The notes beneath the pieces are model-generated. The model saw only the letters and a list, made by a program, of their open reading frames with translations, ran no database searches and was not told where the DNA came from. Made by a program: the position numbers and the translations under genes. A DNA stretch of 63,986 nucleotides, filler included, from Choristocarpus tenellus KU-1152 (taxonomy: Eukaryota > Protista > Phaeophyceae), in NCBI GenBank assembly GCA_964200185.2. It is 4 parts of 4 records of this genome, joined end to end, with 100 filler letters (N's around TTAATTAATTAA, not from the genome) between each part and the next. Parts side by side here need not be neighbours in the genome. Positions count along the whole stretch, not along the records: positions 31,798 to 53,070 come from CAXNAD020000353.1; positions 53,171 to 61,377 come from CAXNAD020004995.1; 2 more parts are not named here. One strand, 5' to 3'. Of this stretch, positions 40,870 to 53,255 are shown piece by piece (the first letter of the stretch is position 1; every line of letters starts with the position of its first letter).

Positions 40870-42794
40870 TGACTTTCTCCAAGTTCTTGACCTCGATGGT
40901 ACATGGAACGGCCTTTCAATCTCATCTATGCTACACATTCTGGAGAAGTGCTTTGAAAAGGTACTTAAAACAAAGCTAGGTGACGGAGATGATGTCAAGT
41001 GAATTGGGGACAGGAACTTCATCAACGTTTTGCCTATATTCAACCAAAAAAAGGAGATGCAACGGCTCTAAGTACATACCGGTATTTTAGTACAAATTGG
41101 CACATGGTCGTCATCACATAAGCTGGCAATCTATGGAACTACCTCACCTCCTCGGACCTTTTTACCACACCCACATCTGTCCCTGTGGAAAAAAGGCTTC
41201 AACACTTTCGGACAATCTGGGTCAAAAACGGACACCGGCACCCTCCCCCCCCCAGATACTTTGACTCTCTGGACAACATAACACAAAACACTATGTTGTG
41301 TCCACAGCACTCAACATCAAGACAATAATAACATATACTATGTCTCATAGAAATAAGTGAGTCTTAAAATATATACAACATATGCAATGTCTCATAGCAT
41401 TCCCATCCAAAACAAAGATAACACATGTTGTGCACCCTTTAATGCCCCAAAATTTACATCCCATATCATGGTCCTTCATGGTAGAGATAAAACATATGTG
41501 AGCCAAATTATCTTAGAGGGTACGGACATGTCCATTTGGTGGCCAAAATACAATGTTGCGATTTTGATGTAATTTTGGCTATCGCGTTTCATAGGAAATC
41601 AATATCCTTGTTCCGGACACACCTTTTCATAAGGTATACATTTTACCTACTCCAAAATATTTTGGAGTAGGAAAATGTCATAAAAAGAATATAAGCCCCA
41701 GACGTACAAACAGGGCAAAACTCGTATCCTCCAAGAGTGCTCATGTAACTCCCACAAAAACTGTCTCCCCGTGCCCCACTTCACTTCGTAACGGCGATCA
41801 ACTCACTAAACACATGCTCTGTTTCACAACACTTGACTTCAAGGCATACACAGCCAGAATAAAATCCAAAATGCGTAGTGTGTGTGATATGAACTGTATA
41901 ACACCAAAGTCCAAAACAAAAATCACACACGTTTCATCCACAGCATTGACCACAACTTTAATACACAGTGTTAAGAGTGTGTTTCGAAAACTTTCAGCCC
42001 TCCAAGGTGTGCACTTTCCAGATGAGGGCGATCGGTGTTACATTGAGAGAGATAAAGAACGACAAATGTAGAAAACATTGAAAAGCTTAGAAGGGTAATA
42101 CCGCAGGTTAGAAAATCGGTATAGAACGCCTTGCTGCAATATCATGCAATGAGCGTCACAAGAGTGAGCTTCTGGTGAAATGTTGTGTTGATGGTATCTC
42201 AATAGATTGGCAGTGAGTGCATGCTGCACTAACCCCTGACCCTTCAGTAGGAGGTCGCTCTTCCAATTTCACGAAAATGGGTGAGAATTAATAGATTCCT
42301 CAACTCTTCCTGTGTCTGCTGCATCTAACAACTGATTCCTACTCCCGCCTACTTCCAAGCATTGCGGTGAATGCACCATTATTTGGAGTTAACATGTCCA
42401 CTTCGAGGTAGGCACAAAACAAGTCACCAGCTCAACAATAGTACTAACTAGAAAACTCCTCTACAACCAGTTCATCGCTCTTGTCACTTTCCCATCCACC
42501 CATGGGGACCACCGCATCACAAGAAGCAGGGAATTTAGCTTCTTCTGATATAGGTGCCACCGTAGCGATGGCATCATCTGTGAAAGGGTGATGGTCAAGG
42601 TTGTGGGACCTTCTATTCGATTGAGCAGAATCCTCTGTTCTGGCCCTTGTCGATAACTCATCTGATGTGAAGGGCAGAAGTTCGGTAATTCCATCTGAAG
42701 GAGCGGAGATCTTATCTGATCCTGCTGCTGCAGGTGTGGGTGGATCTCCCCTCTTGATGTTGTTTGCACCATTTCTGCTATAACCGCCACCCAT
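40870..42794 (-). CDS. Hypothetical multi-exon gene (MGGGYS start), structure poorly resolved
   Basis: 116-aa low-complexity ORF 42794-42444, with candidate downstream exons near 41182-41143 and 40938-40870 that have GT-AG sites. Confidence 0.35.
41219..41267. mobile_element. 49-bp minimal derivative of MITE subfamily B, 3-bp TSD TCT
   Basis: gggtcaaaa ... ccccagatactttgactc, with tct on both flanks. Confidence 0.65.
41500..41742. mobile_element. MITE subfamily A copy, 4-bp TSD ATGT
   Basis: Homologous to 12814-13070 over its full length, with atgt on both flanks. Confidence 0.88.
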
Positions 42795-44762
42795 TGTGAA
42801 TAGGTAGAGGGCAAGGGATTTTGTTTGTCAGATCTGGTTTAATCCTGAAGGTGCTATGTTAAGAGAGACTACATCAAGTTGAGTGTCAGGTATCAGGTGT
42901 ATTTGCAGGAGTGAGCACTGACAGGACAAAATGTTGAATTTAGATATAACACAAGGCAGTGAGCAGGGTCAAACTATTGCCTGTGTTGGGCTCAGGGTAG
43001 ACAGAAAAGTGAAGTACTCTAAAGTTGGGGGTGAGCAGATAGGATCCATAGGATTAGGTGAAGGGTAATGGTGAATGGTAGTGCAGGATTGAGAATGGGT
43101 TGCAGGATTGGGCCCATCAGAACAAATATATGCGACTGTTTCACTGGGGCAGACAGTGACAGCAATCACCATAGCGACTAAATCGATCTTATTGAGAAGG
43201 CACAACTGTGTGCCGGTCATACCTATCTCACCGAGAAATACTCTGTACTTAATGATATTCGATACCACAGTGTGTGGTTTTATCAAATGCTGAGATACCA
43301 CTTGTTACACCGGGACAAACAGAGTCAGTCGCACAACTATCTCCCAAGGTGGGAAAGTGATATCTCATTTTTTTGCATTGAGCAAAGTGGTTCTCACAAA
43401 AAAAATAACGCCTACATGGACGGACATGCTCCAAGAATATAAATTTGCACAGATAGAAAATGCTTGTATATCCCAATGCGCTAAAAACTCTATTGACTGA
43501 GGTAAATCCGCTCTTTAATCTTCCCTACACATTTGTTATTGGCTGGCAGTGTCCAGAATTGAAACCCTGATCTCAATTGTATTTTTCAAGTACCAGTCCG
43601 ATTGCAAAGCATTAGAAAAAAAAAAAAAATCTCGTGAGGAATTCCAATCTCTCATTTCTTCAAAAACAATTTGAAAGGCAGGGACACGATGGAGGCATAT
43701 TTGGCGGAGAGGTCCTTGTCGAAGAATAAGCACACAGTCGCGGCCCTCAACTGCAGCTGGAAAGTTTGGGTTGAAATACAAAAAAAAGATTAATGTCTAC
43801 CGATGCCAGTACCACCATTATTAGGAGAACAAGACTAGGACGAAACAGAATATAATTGGATGCCCACATCTGGAAGGTAGTCACTCACACCTTGAGCATC
43901 TAATAGGGCTTTGAACTCTTGACTTGGCACATCTAAATATCCAATGCTGTAGGGTTGATGTAGAATTCTAGTATGAACCCCCTAAATTGTATGGAGGGAA
44001 CTCTCAGGTGTTGAATAAGCAAGGCTACCCTTCATACTTACTTAATAAGTGAAAGAGGGCTTTGTTACACTTACTGCGTGTGGGTGTGTATACCTTCAGT
44101 CGGCCAAAAGGCAAGCTTTCTCCATGTGCACTTGACATCAATTGACCCCAAAAGAAACAAAAAATAGGGGATTCCCACACAGTGGAAGGGATTTAGATGT
44201 ACTATATGTGGGATTTCTCAATACCTGCCAGCAACTTTCATATGTCATACATGCCTCCATATTCATTTAATATCTTAGAGGGAACTTAGCTTTACCCTCA
44301 TGTAAACACCACAGGGCTTCTAGACAACATCTGGCAGTCTTGCTTTTCACAGCTGGCACTTGGGAAGGGCATGAACGAAAACATTTGAAAACCAAGTAGT
44401 TACAGTAGCTGGATACTAGGTAGGCGGTTGCTATTTCCAGACAGCATTTAAATGAACATTTACTCTCATTTCCAAACACCGCAATTAGTCCATGTATCAC
44501 ATTCTGGACACAAAAAATTCGCGGGTGGTTGGGGATATTTTACAAAGTGCAACAAGCATGTCAACACAATAGCTTTTACGTTGCATTGAGCTGTCAGGAT
44601 GCTTGCAATCACCCTGCCATTTCTTCCACCCGTTCATCCTGGAAATTTTTGTCCTTGTATCAGAGTCAGTATAGAACCCGTTGCATGGATGAGTGCAAAA
44701 CCACTCGGCAACACAACATGCACCCAAGAGTAGACTGCATACATCAGACCAACGAATTACCA

Positions 44763-44794
44763 ACCCTAACCCTAACCCTAACCCTAACCCTAAC
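44763..44794. repeat. Interstitial telomere-like (CCCTAA)5
   Basis: aaccctaaccctaaccctaaccctaaccctaa; variants near 1941, 10530, 55220-55255 and 61917-61963. Confidence 0.85.
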
Positions 44795-46243
44795 CACCAC
44801 GGCGCAAGAACTATTTCCGAAGAACAGTTGTTAGAGGAATAATATACTTCAAACTGTGTACCGCACAACTGTGAGGCACAAACCAGCAACCGTCACTCTT
44901 TCAAATCAGTCGCCTGTCGGAATTATGATCACTACCTTCCATCTGCGATCATTCCAGAAAAAAATAAACTTTAGTGATTCGACGAGGGCAAATCAAGGAT
45001 ACCTCTTTTTCATTTAGTCACCTCTTTGGGAAACCTGAAAGTCCTGTCCCGAGAACGATGGGTCCATATGCCGGTCTCATCGCTCCTCCTACGTTGTCAC
45101 CCCAGCCCAACCCTGACCTCACCAAGCGTTTATCTCCCCAACCCCCAGTAGTGATTTCATCATTGCTCTCATCACTATCTCCATTCCACTGAAAACCAGG
45201 GTAGAAGCAAAAGAACACGGTTTGTTTGAATAGCAACATATGGGGAAAACAGAGGAGTCAAAGTACTGTGCATATCACTTGAGAATTGGGGGGAATGAGA
45301 AGAAGTGGAGTCTGAGGGTTTCATGTACAATTTCATAGTGTGGGGCAAGGAGGGGGGGGCATGTGGATGTGGTTTGAATCTGGGATATTGCTGCATAAAC
45401 TGAATTTACACATGAGCCGTGGATCTGGATGCATTTCTTCCTTCCTTGACAAGGGCACATCCCACTCAGAACAAAACTCTATAGTCTAATCTTGTGGAGG
45501 GGTAAGTCTACACCTAACAGCTCATAACAGCTCAACTGTTTTAATAGTAGTAGATGGGGAATATGGAACTGCCTCCTTGTAGACATAACCAATGACTATG
45601 TAGTCATCTGGGTATATGTATGAGACAACAAAATGAACTGCATCTTATCATGCAGGAGGGGAGTATCATTAAACAAGCAGGTGTGAGGAAATGGAAATAA
45701 TTAATTTGAGTGTATTGACTCGACCAATAGAAAAATAATACTGAATGGCATGTAGACAAAGATGCACAAGGAAGAGCATGGGGTCACTGTGTCCCATACC
45801 AACATTTTTTTCCCCATATACATACATCACACATAGAGAGACGGATTAAGTCCTAATTCGACATTTTCAAATAAGCTCCTGAGCCATGCTCAACCAAGAC
45901 TCGCAAAGTTATCAATTTAAGGAAATGAGACAGGTATTGTATGCCCTTGAGTTTTGAGTTGATTTTGACTTCTTTTTTTTTCCGAGATTGACCTTTCAGT
46001 CACGAAATTTCGGCTAGCGACAGACTTGTTTGAAAGTACCACCCACATGTTCTGACATGGGTGCATGTCAAAAGACTCACATGACAGAAAGAACCGTGCC
46101 TAGCACTGTTCAAAAGCTGTTCTTGTTAGGGCCAATTGAATAATACACCCTTATGCAGCAGCAGTTTACCACAAGGTGGAGCAAACTGATTGGGTACGGG
46201 GAGTCTATTGTTTGCCATCCTCTCCTTGCCCCCAGCGCATATC

Positions 46244-46503
46244 GAGGCAAATTACCTTAGAGGGTAGGGCTGTGTCCGTTTGGGAGCCAAAATCCAATGT
46301 TGCGATTTTGAAGTAATTTTGGCCATCCTGTTTGTTAGGAAGTGTCAGTATCCTTGTTCCGGACACACCTTTTCATAACGTATACATTTTACCTACTCCG
46401 AAACATTTTGGAGTAGGAAAATGTCATGAAAAAACCCCATGGGAAGCCAAGCCCCAAATGGACAAACAGGGCAAAACTTGTACCCTCTAAGATACTTTCA
46501 CTA
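46244..46503. mobile_element. MITE subfamily A copy, probable 3-bp TSD ATC
   Basis: gaggcaaattaccttagagggta ... taccctctaagatactttcacta, with atc on both flanks. Confidence 0.88.
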
Positions 46504-49500
46504 ATCACTACAACTAAACTGTCCAGGATATCATATCCACACAAAGCATTATTACTTCATTATCATGAACAAAAACTCCTCACCTCTGTTAGCAATTAGA
46601 CTACTCAATGCCATAGGTGTCACTGAGTATTCATCACAAATGTAAAACTACATGCCCACTTGTCTCATATCATTGTCTTGAATTGCCATAACTCCCTCCT
46701 TGGTAAAAATGTTGGAAATGGTTGACTGGACATACTGGAACACCTTCATACCAATGTAAGTGCACCACCTGCATGTCTCTACCTCTTACCTGCCCCACCA
46801 TGCATATAAGTCAATTCAGGTCTTTAGGCACTTCCAACTGACAGTCCGCTCATCCCAAAATCGCTTTTCCACTGCTGTTTTTCGACCAGTAGGTAAGGCC
46901 GGCTATTAATATCAATCTTACTCTTTAACGCCTCCTCACCCACCCACACAAAATTAGTCCAAGTCACAGAAGAGAGATTCTTAGCTGCCTTCTATCTCTT
47001 GAATGTAACTCCTGAATAAAGATGTATTTTAAATTTTAAAAGGCACAGAATGAAAGGGAGGAGAAAGCAAAAACATACGCAGACTTCAGATATCATCAAC
47101 CAAAAGCAGTTAAACTGCAACTGCACATGAGACAACCTTTGCGCCAAGGGACTCAACAGTGCTTTTTCTGTAAGTCTTCCCGCCCAGCTTGCTCAGTCCT
47201 CGGCAGGACCGCTACATGGTACCAAGGCTTCACAGAAACAATTGGTTAGCACCTACTATAAAAACAACACCCACAACACTATCTGCTGCTAGGGATGACT
47301 TGCAGCATTATAGGGGGTTTTTTTGTTTGGTGTGGTTTGCTCAATATTCTTGTTGCGGAGAGGATCTGTGGTAGAGTGGAAAGCAATCCCTGAATCCCTT
47401 TAAGCGTCTACAATCTGTCCAAAGTACAAACTTGAACAGCCTGAAAAGTACTGGATTGATGATGTATTCCTCCAGTTCTATCAGCTTCAGTCCTTCAGGG
47501 TTAGCGGACCAACAAAACCTTTTCGATTTGGTTGCTTGGACAGGATACCTTCACACCAATCTAGTTGAACATAATCATGTCCCAGAGCTCCTTCTCCCAT
47601 CACAACAATTGCTCTTAGTCACATTTTGAGTGTCTTAAGATATGGGAGCAAATGCTTTTCCTGCGAACAATTGTTATTTTGATATTCAACATTTTCTACG
47701 TTCCTGCTCATATCGTTGTGTTGGGTTCTGGCAACAATTTTACCAGAAGAACTAGACTGTTGAGTGTATGGCGGGAAAATTGAGAGCACTTATCCATTCA
47801 ATACAGTGGTGACCTTTGGAGCCTTCTAGCTCTTCTGGCAGTAGCCAAGAATTCTCAGACCTATCAACCCAGTGTATATACATAACACAGAAACTCCATA
47901 TCTTCAATTTACAACTCAGTACCACAGATCATTGCAACACCCTGGTGCAACACAGCTTTTCTTGAAGCTGTACTGCAAGTAATTTTTTTTCATGTAACAA
48001 AGTGATTGCCAACCACGCCAGGAATCCATAATGCCGTCCATTTTCATCTCCACGTATTCCATCTCTGATCTTCTAACATTTTAGGAAACCTCCAAACTTG
48101 CAAGCACTCATGATATGACACTGAAGAAAAGCACCTCACCACCAGATGGAAGTTTTAATAAGCTTCTCCGAATCACTGGTCCCTATTATGGTGAGGACAG
48201 CAAATGACTCAACCTATGCAATCTCAGGCAAGAGCATCTCACCACCAGATCTGGTCGATTGCAATTTTGGTATAATTGCTTATCTCTACTGTACTGACCT
48301 CAGATACAGCAGATATTTCAGTCCCTGCAGCACCAGCCACAACCGATATTCCCCTCTCAGTATCCAGGGACTTGGCTGGATGCAATGGTTGCTTCCTTGA
48401 CCCATTCAGACTCTCCTCATCAGAAACATGTTCTTTCACAGATGCATTAGCATCCTCAATCAACGAGGAACTCCTGTTGTGAGAGCGACAGTGTATTGCT
48501 GGGCAATTGGTTGGAGGAATATCTTTCAGAATCTCAACTTTAGGGGACACTTCCCGACCTTAGGGCTCCAAATCAAAATGGACCCACAATGCCCTGGTCA
48601 GAGAGCGGGCAAGTGTTCTCACCCAATGTGCAAGAACTATTGTGGAGTCTGAGTTCACCCTGATATACAATGTCTACTAGAAGAGAAGAGAGTTGCTATT
48701 GGGACATTGTCATACAATCCAAGATTGTTTGACTTCTACTGTTGAAGACATTCCTTTGACCCTACCCCCTGGGCCAACTAGATGTTCTCAAAAAAAATTC
48801 TGTGTGAACAGGTGGTGTTTGAGGAGCACTATCTAGAAATGGAAGATGGTATTTCGGTAGATAGTATTACTCTCTTGTAGGGGGGGGGGGGGGACTTAGG
48901 TCAATTTGAGTGTTTAGAGCTTTTTCAACCTTCTTCCTGACACTCCGTTCCTGTAACTGAAATTTATGTGACGCTCGCTATGAGGCTGAGGCTGCAGATG
49001 AGAAGACAAATGTTTATCCATATGAGCGGGAAAATCACCCTTCTGAGTCGTGGAATCGCATGCACCAGAAGGGAGTCAGGGGTCTCAAATACTCAACAAC
49101 GCCCCCCTCTAAGAAGATAGGATAGCTCAGATGCTCCATACTACCAAGAAGTTGTGCAGGGTGAATATCCACCGATCAACAGTCAGATTGAAACTTGGGT
49201 GGCAAAGTGTTACACTGCATTTACATGAACTACTTTTTTTTAAATGCAGAGAACTTGACATACTGATCATTTCTAGCAAGCAACATACGCTTTTTTGTCT
49301 TTACCCTCTTCTAGTTCATAGTCACGCATGGCATACATAGCATAAGGATCACGCAGAATTTTCCCACTTTCTCACATAGAGCTCGAAAGCGCTGCTTCCA
49401 AGCCCTACCAGACAAAAGTTGACACTCAAAGAGGCATATTTCTCCTTTAGGCCATCAGCACACAGGGGGAAACACCAAGTTCTAGCAGAAAGAAGCATAT

Positions 49501-49595
49501 GTGTTCAGTCCATATTAAAAAATGCTGCAAAAGTAACATGTCAGCAAACCAACTCTGAGAAAAGTGATGCGGTTGCATTCCTGTAGTTTATGATC

Positions 49596-51732
49596 TTACC
49601 GAGATGCCTTCTCCTTCTCATCGCCAGCTTCATCCTCATCATCGTCCCAGTTGTCATATGCACTATCTATTGTCAATTCCCCTTCTCCTCTCCCCACTCC
49701 TTCTCCAACTGCTCCTGACCCAGTCCCCTGACCATCCCTGCCGCCCTCCTTCCCTCCATCCCCTAATTTTCCAGATTTGACCGCATTTTCCCTTAGATTT
49801 ATTCCTCTGTCAAAAAGCGAAGTATCCTCTTCCTGGTCCTTTCTTCTTGGTGTCTCCACTTCTTCAGCTCCTGCTTCTGAGGTTTTACTAATTGCTGTAT
49901 ATGAGCCTGTTTGTTGCAATTGTTGTTCCTTTTTCTTCTCCTCGTCGCTGTGCACTACAATGATCGGTGCCCTTGCTGTGGAACCTTTACCTTTCATATC
50001 CATAACCTTGGTCTCCAAGTCTCCATTAGCTCTGGCTGCTCCCCCTGCTCCATCTTCTCTCTCAACTCTGTTTGTTAGAAACCCATCAGCTCCCAATCCC
50101 TTGCCTGCCACTTCAACAACCTTGAGCTGACCTGACCCACTGCTGCCTGCATCCACCTTTCTGCCAGTGCTGCGACTCCCCTCCATTAGTGCTTCCACCG
50201 CCTTTGTCTCAATCTCAGCTAAACCCTTCTCACCTTGGTTGACCTGGTCTTTTTCTTTACCTCCATCTGTTTTATCGCTGTCTGAAAACAACATCTCACC
50301 CCCTGCCTTCCAAGGATCCTCCACCTTCACCTCCTTCCTATCTACTGCCTCTTCTATCCCATCATCAACCGTGGTGGTGAAATACCAACCTACATCAATC
50401 ACGTTCTTTGTGGGCATATTGCCTACTTGTTCAGAAGTGGTCGGCACAGAAGTTAGACTTGTGTCTGGTGCCCAGGCTGTAGCTCCCCTACCAACCTTTG
50501 AGTGCCCCCCTACGAAATGATCCTGTGGCATGACTGTCCTGCTTTTGGCTAGCTCATCGCTGTTGCCAAGCTTGCTGGTGGTTCCTCTGCTCACTGCATC
50601 TCCTAACAGGACTGAGTCCCAACTTTCAGCAAGCTCTGGGAGGTTATATGAGCCTTGACTGTTAAAGTGCCGGCAAAGAAGGTTAACAGTGGTAGATTCG
50701 GAGTTCAGGTAAACAAAATACTGAAGTGAGGTTGCCACTGAGGATGAGAATACTGGGTATAATGATGAGATGACCGGAGTTAGAGCTTCATGTAATCAAA
50801 AGTGGAAAAAAAAAAACATAACATGTACATCAGTTAAACTCTTTCAACAACGTGACGAAGTGCTCATAGCACTAGCAATTGTGTCATGAGGTACCAAAAT
50901 GTTTCTAGTCCTACAAGCTAAGCTACTAATATGACTATTTCAATACTTGCAAATACTTCAGCATATCAAATTACCAAATTTTTGAGGTATGGCACAGAGA
51001 ACTTACTTCCATGGGCCAAGTAAAATCACAGGCATCAAATACTGTGCACAGTAGCACTAGATACTCGGTAGACAAAGAACAGTGTGAGAATGCTTTGTAT
51101 GGAGTCCTAATGAGTACTATTTAGTATCGTGCAACAAACCTCTACACGGTGTAGAGCATACTACTCACTTGTTAAGCTACCCAGTGTATGCAACATATAC
51201 TAGTACAGCTATGGAGAAACTCAATCAATGGGGCATGTGGTCGAGAGGCTGACGCGAAGGGAGCATCATCTCACTAACCACCAGGTCAAAACCTAATAAC
51301 GATGATCAGCAAAAATACTCAAAAAGAGAAAATGATCACACTTACCGGTTTGTCATCTTTGATACGATCTCCACATCAGCCACCTCATTCACCCCAGCAG
51401 GATCACTTAGGAGTTCAACACAGCCTGTTGCCTCCACATACTCCGCAGGGAATAACTGTCTTTTCACCACATCTCTCCCAATCCTTCCACCATCTCTGAG
51501 CATTGCAGGAGCCGCATCGCCCTTCAATACTGCGGGCACACAAGCTTCAGCAGGTCTCTCCTTATTGTTCCCCTCTCTCTCACCAGTTACAATCCCACCT
51601 CGAAGGTAGGTATCTGATGGAGCATCAGATACCTTATCTACTATTGTGTTCCGATGCCGCTGTGTCTGCTTTGGCTCGGGACAGCGTTGATACTCTCTAC
51701 CTGAGGGGGCTTGTCGGTCCCAGGAATTGAAA
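49596..51732 (-). CDS. Acidic, Gly/Glu/Lys-rich low-complexity coding exons; probably the 3' part of the GAF gene, possibly a separate gene
   Basis: Open exon 51732-51346 (phase 2 to phase 2) splices in frame to the 50658-49596 exon, part of the 380-aa ORF. Its entry phase matches the GAF exon ending at 53256. Confidence 0.65.
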
Positions 51733-53070
51733 CTGGACGCTCACAATCACACCCACGCGCAAATACAGCGAATACCATGGGACAAGACAGAACAAAGGAG
51801 TAATAAAATAAACAGTGCATCCAAAGCGTGATAGAGAATATGCATGGGTACAAACAAGTGCAGCAATTAACGTTTTCCACGCATGTTCTTAAACAGCCGC
51901 TAGTCAATAAAAAGGAGTAATACTAAAAGTAATGCAATAAGGTTGCATCCGATGCACAGCGAATCTTCGATACTGTGGGGCTACCAACGAGAAAACATAG
52001 TGTAGTTGAGTTGGATTGGGGGAGTCCAAGCAAAATTACAAATGTGGGTGAAGAGGGCTAGGCTCCAAAGCATAGGGGATATGGAGCTGGGGGGTGGAGA
52101 GTTGGGGCAGAGGCAGTTAGTTATGTACATTATAGAGGACCCTTATCCATTCTCAGAGCCTAAGTAAACGAGAGGTGCTCACAGTTACATAATACGGATG
52201 CCAGCAAATTTGATCAAGACCAAGAGGGATATGCAAAGTCTACACACCCACTATGTATGATAAAAGTCTCCATTGAAGACTGCAATCCCATTTCCCCAAA
52301 ATCTATTTTCCACCCTGGTGGTAAGCAAGCGCTTGATTTGCCTTGAAGCCTCATTGTAGAAGAGACTGAGAAACCAGATCCTGTACGCTACGAAAACCAA
52401 TGGCCCCATTGCTCACCCCATTGGTGCTGGCAAGTACTTTGCTGTAGTTTGCTGCAGTTCAGTCAGTGTTTTTGTTCTTGAGGTACTGGAAACATCCAAA
52501 ACACCTTCCCCTGACCAGAGCTCCCTGGAGGCAGGGCATGGGGAGTGCAACAAATTGGACTTTTGTGGTCTAGATTTGGTTCAGAAGAAACAGTGTCACA
52601 AGGTGAAGTGCAAGCATTTGGTTTAGAATGAAAATACAGTAGCAGAAGTTAGGGTCATTGTTGATTGGAACTAGTGCAGGGTGATCGTTACTGCTGGGAG
52701 GTTGAGCATTGGCTGAGCAGAAAGTTGAAGTTCGCAAGGAGGCAAAGCATGGATTTGACGTTCCAAATAAGACAAAGAATGTGGCAAGAGGGTCAGGTCA
52801 GAGTGTTATGGTTAACGTTTTTTTGGCTATTAGTCAACTCTTCAAAAAATGGAAATGCAACCATACAGTTCTGGGGGAAGTCATGGGAAATGCCAGGGCA
52901 AAGAGACCCACACTTTCTGCGACCTTCATGCTTTTCAAGTCTTCACACCAACAAACAACTGACCAATCAACTGCAAATTTGGCGATCAATTCAGGGGTGT
53001 TTGGAATGAAAAAAAAAAAAAAACAGGCTGGGAATCAAGGGCTATGCCTTCCCCTCCACACCCCCCCCCC

Positions 53071-53170
53071 NNNNNNNNNNNNNNNNNNNNNNNNNNNNNN
53101 NNNNNNNNNNNNNNTTAATTAATTAANNNNNNNNNNNNNNNNNNNNNNNNNNNNNNNNNNNNNNNNNNNN
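53071..53170. other. Artificial contig linker
   Basis: N-run with TTAATTAATTAA at 53115-53126. Confidence 0.95.
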
Positions 53171-53196
53171 GGGAAGGTGGTGGTAGGGGGTGGTGT

Positions 53197-53227
<31 letters not shown>

Positions 53228-53255
53228 GTAGGGGAGTGGTGGCAAAGACCAATAC

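Noticed and set aside
45018-45190. Possible exon WNGDSDESNDE..
   Set aside because: It has a plausible acceptor but could not be linked in phase to any gene model.
47400-49100. Protein-like minus-strand fragments (e.g. ORF 48239-48550)
   Set aside because: Frames are repeatedly interrupted, and no recognisable domain or consistent splice path was found.
49777-50520. Ser-rich plus-strand ORFs
   Set aside because: Antisense to the large acidic exon.
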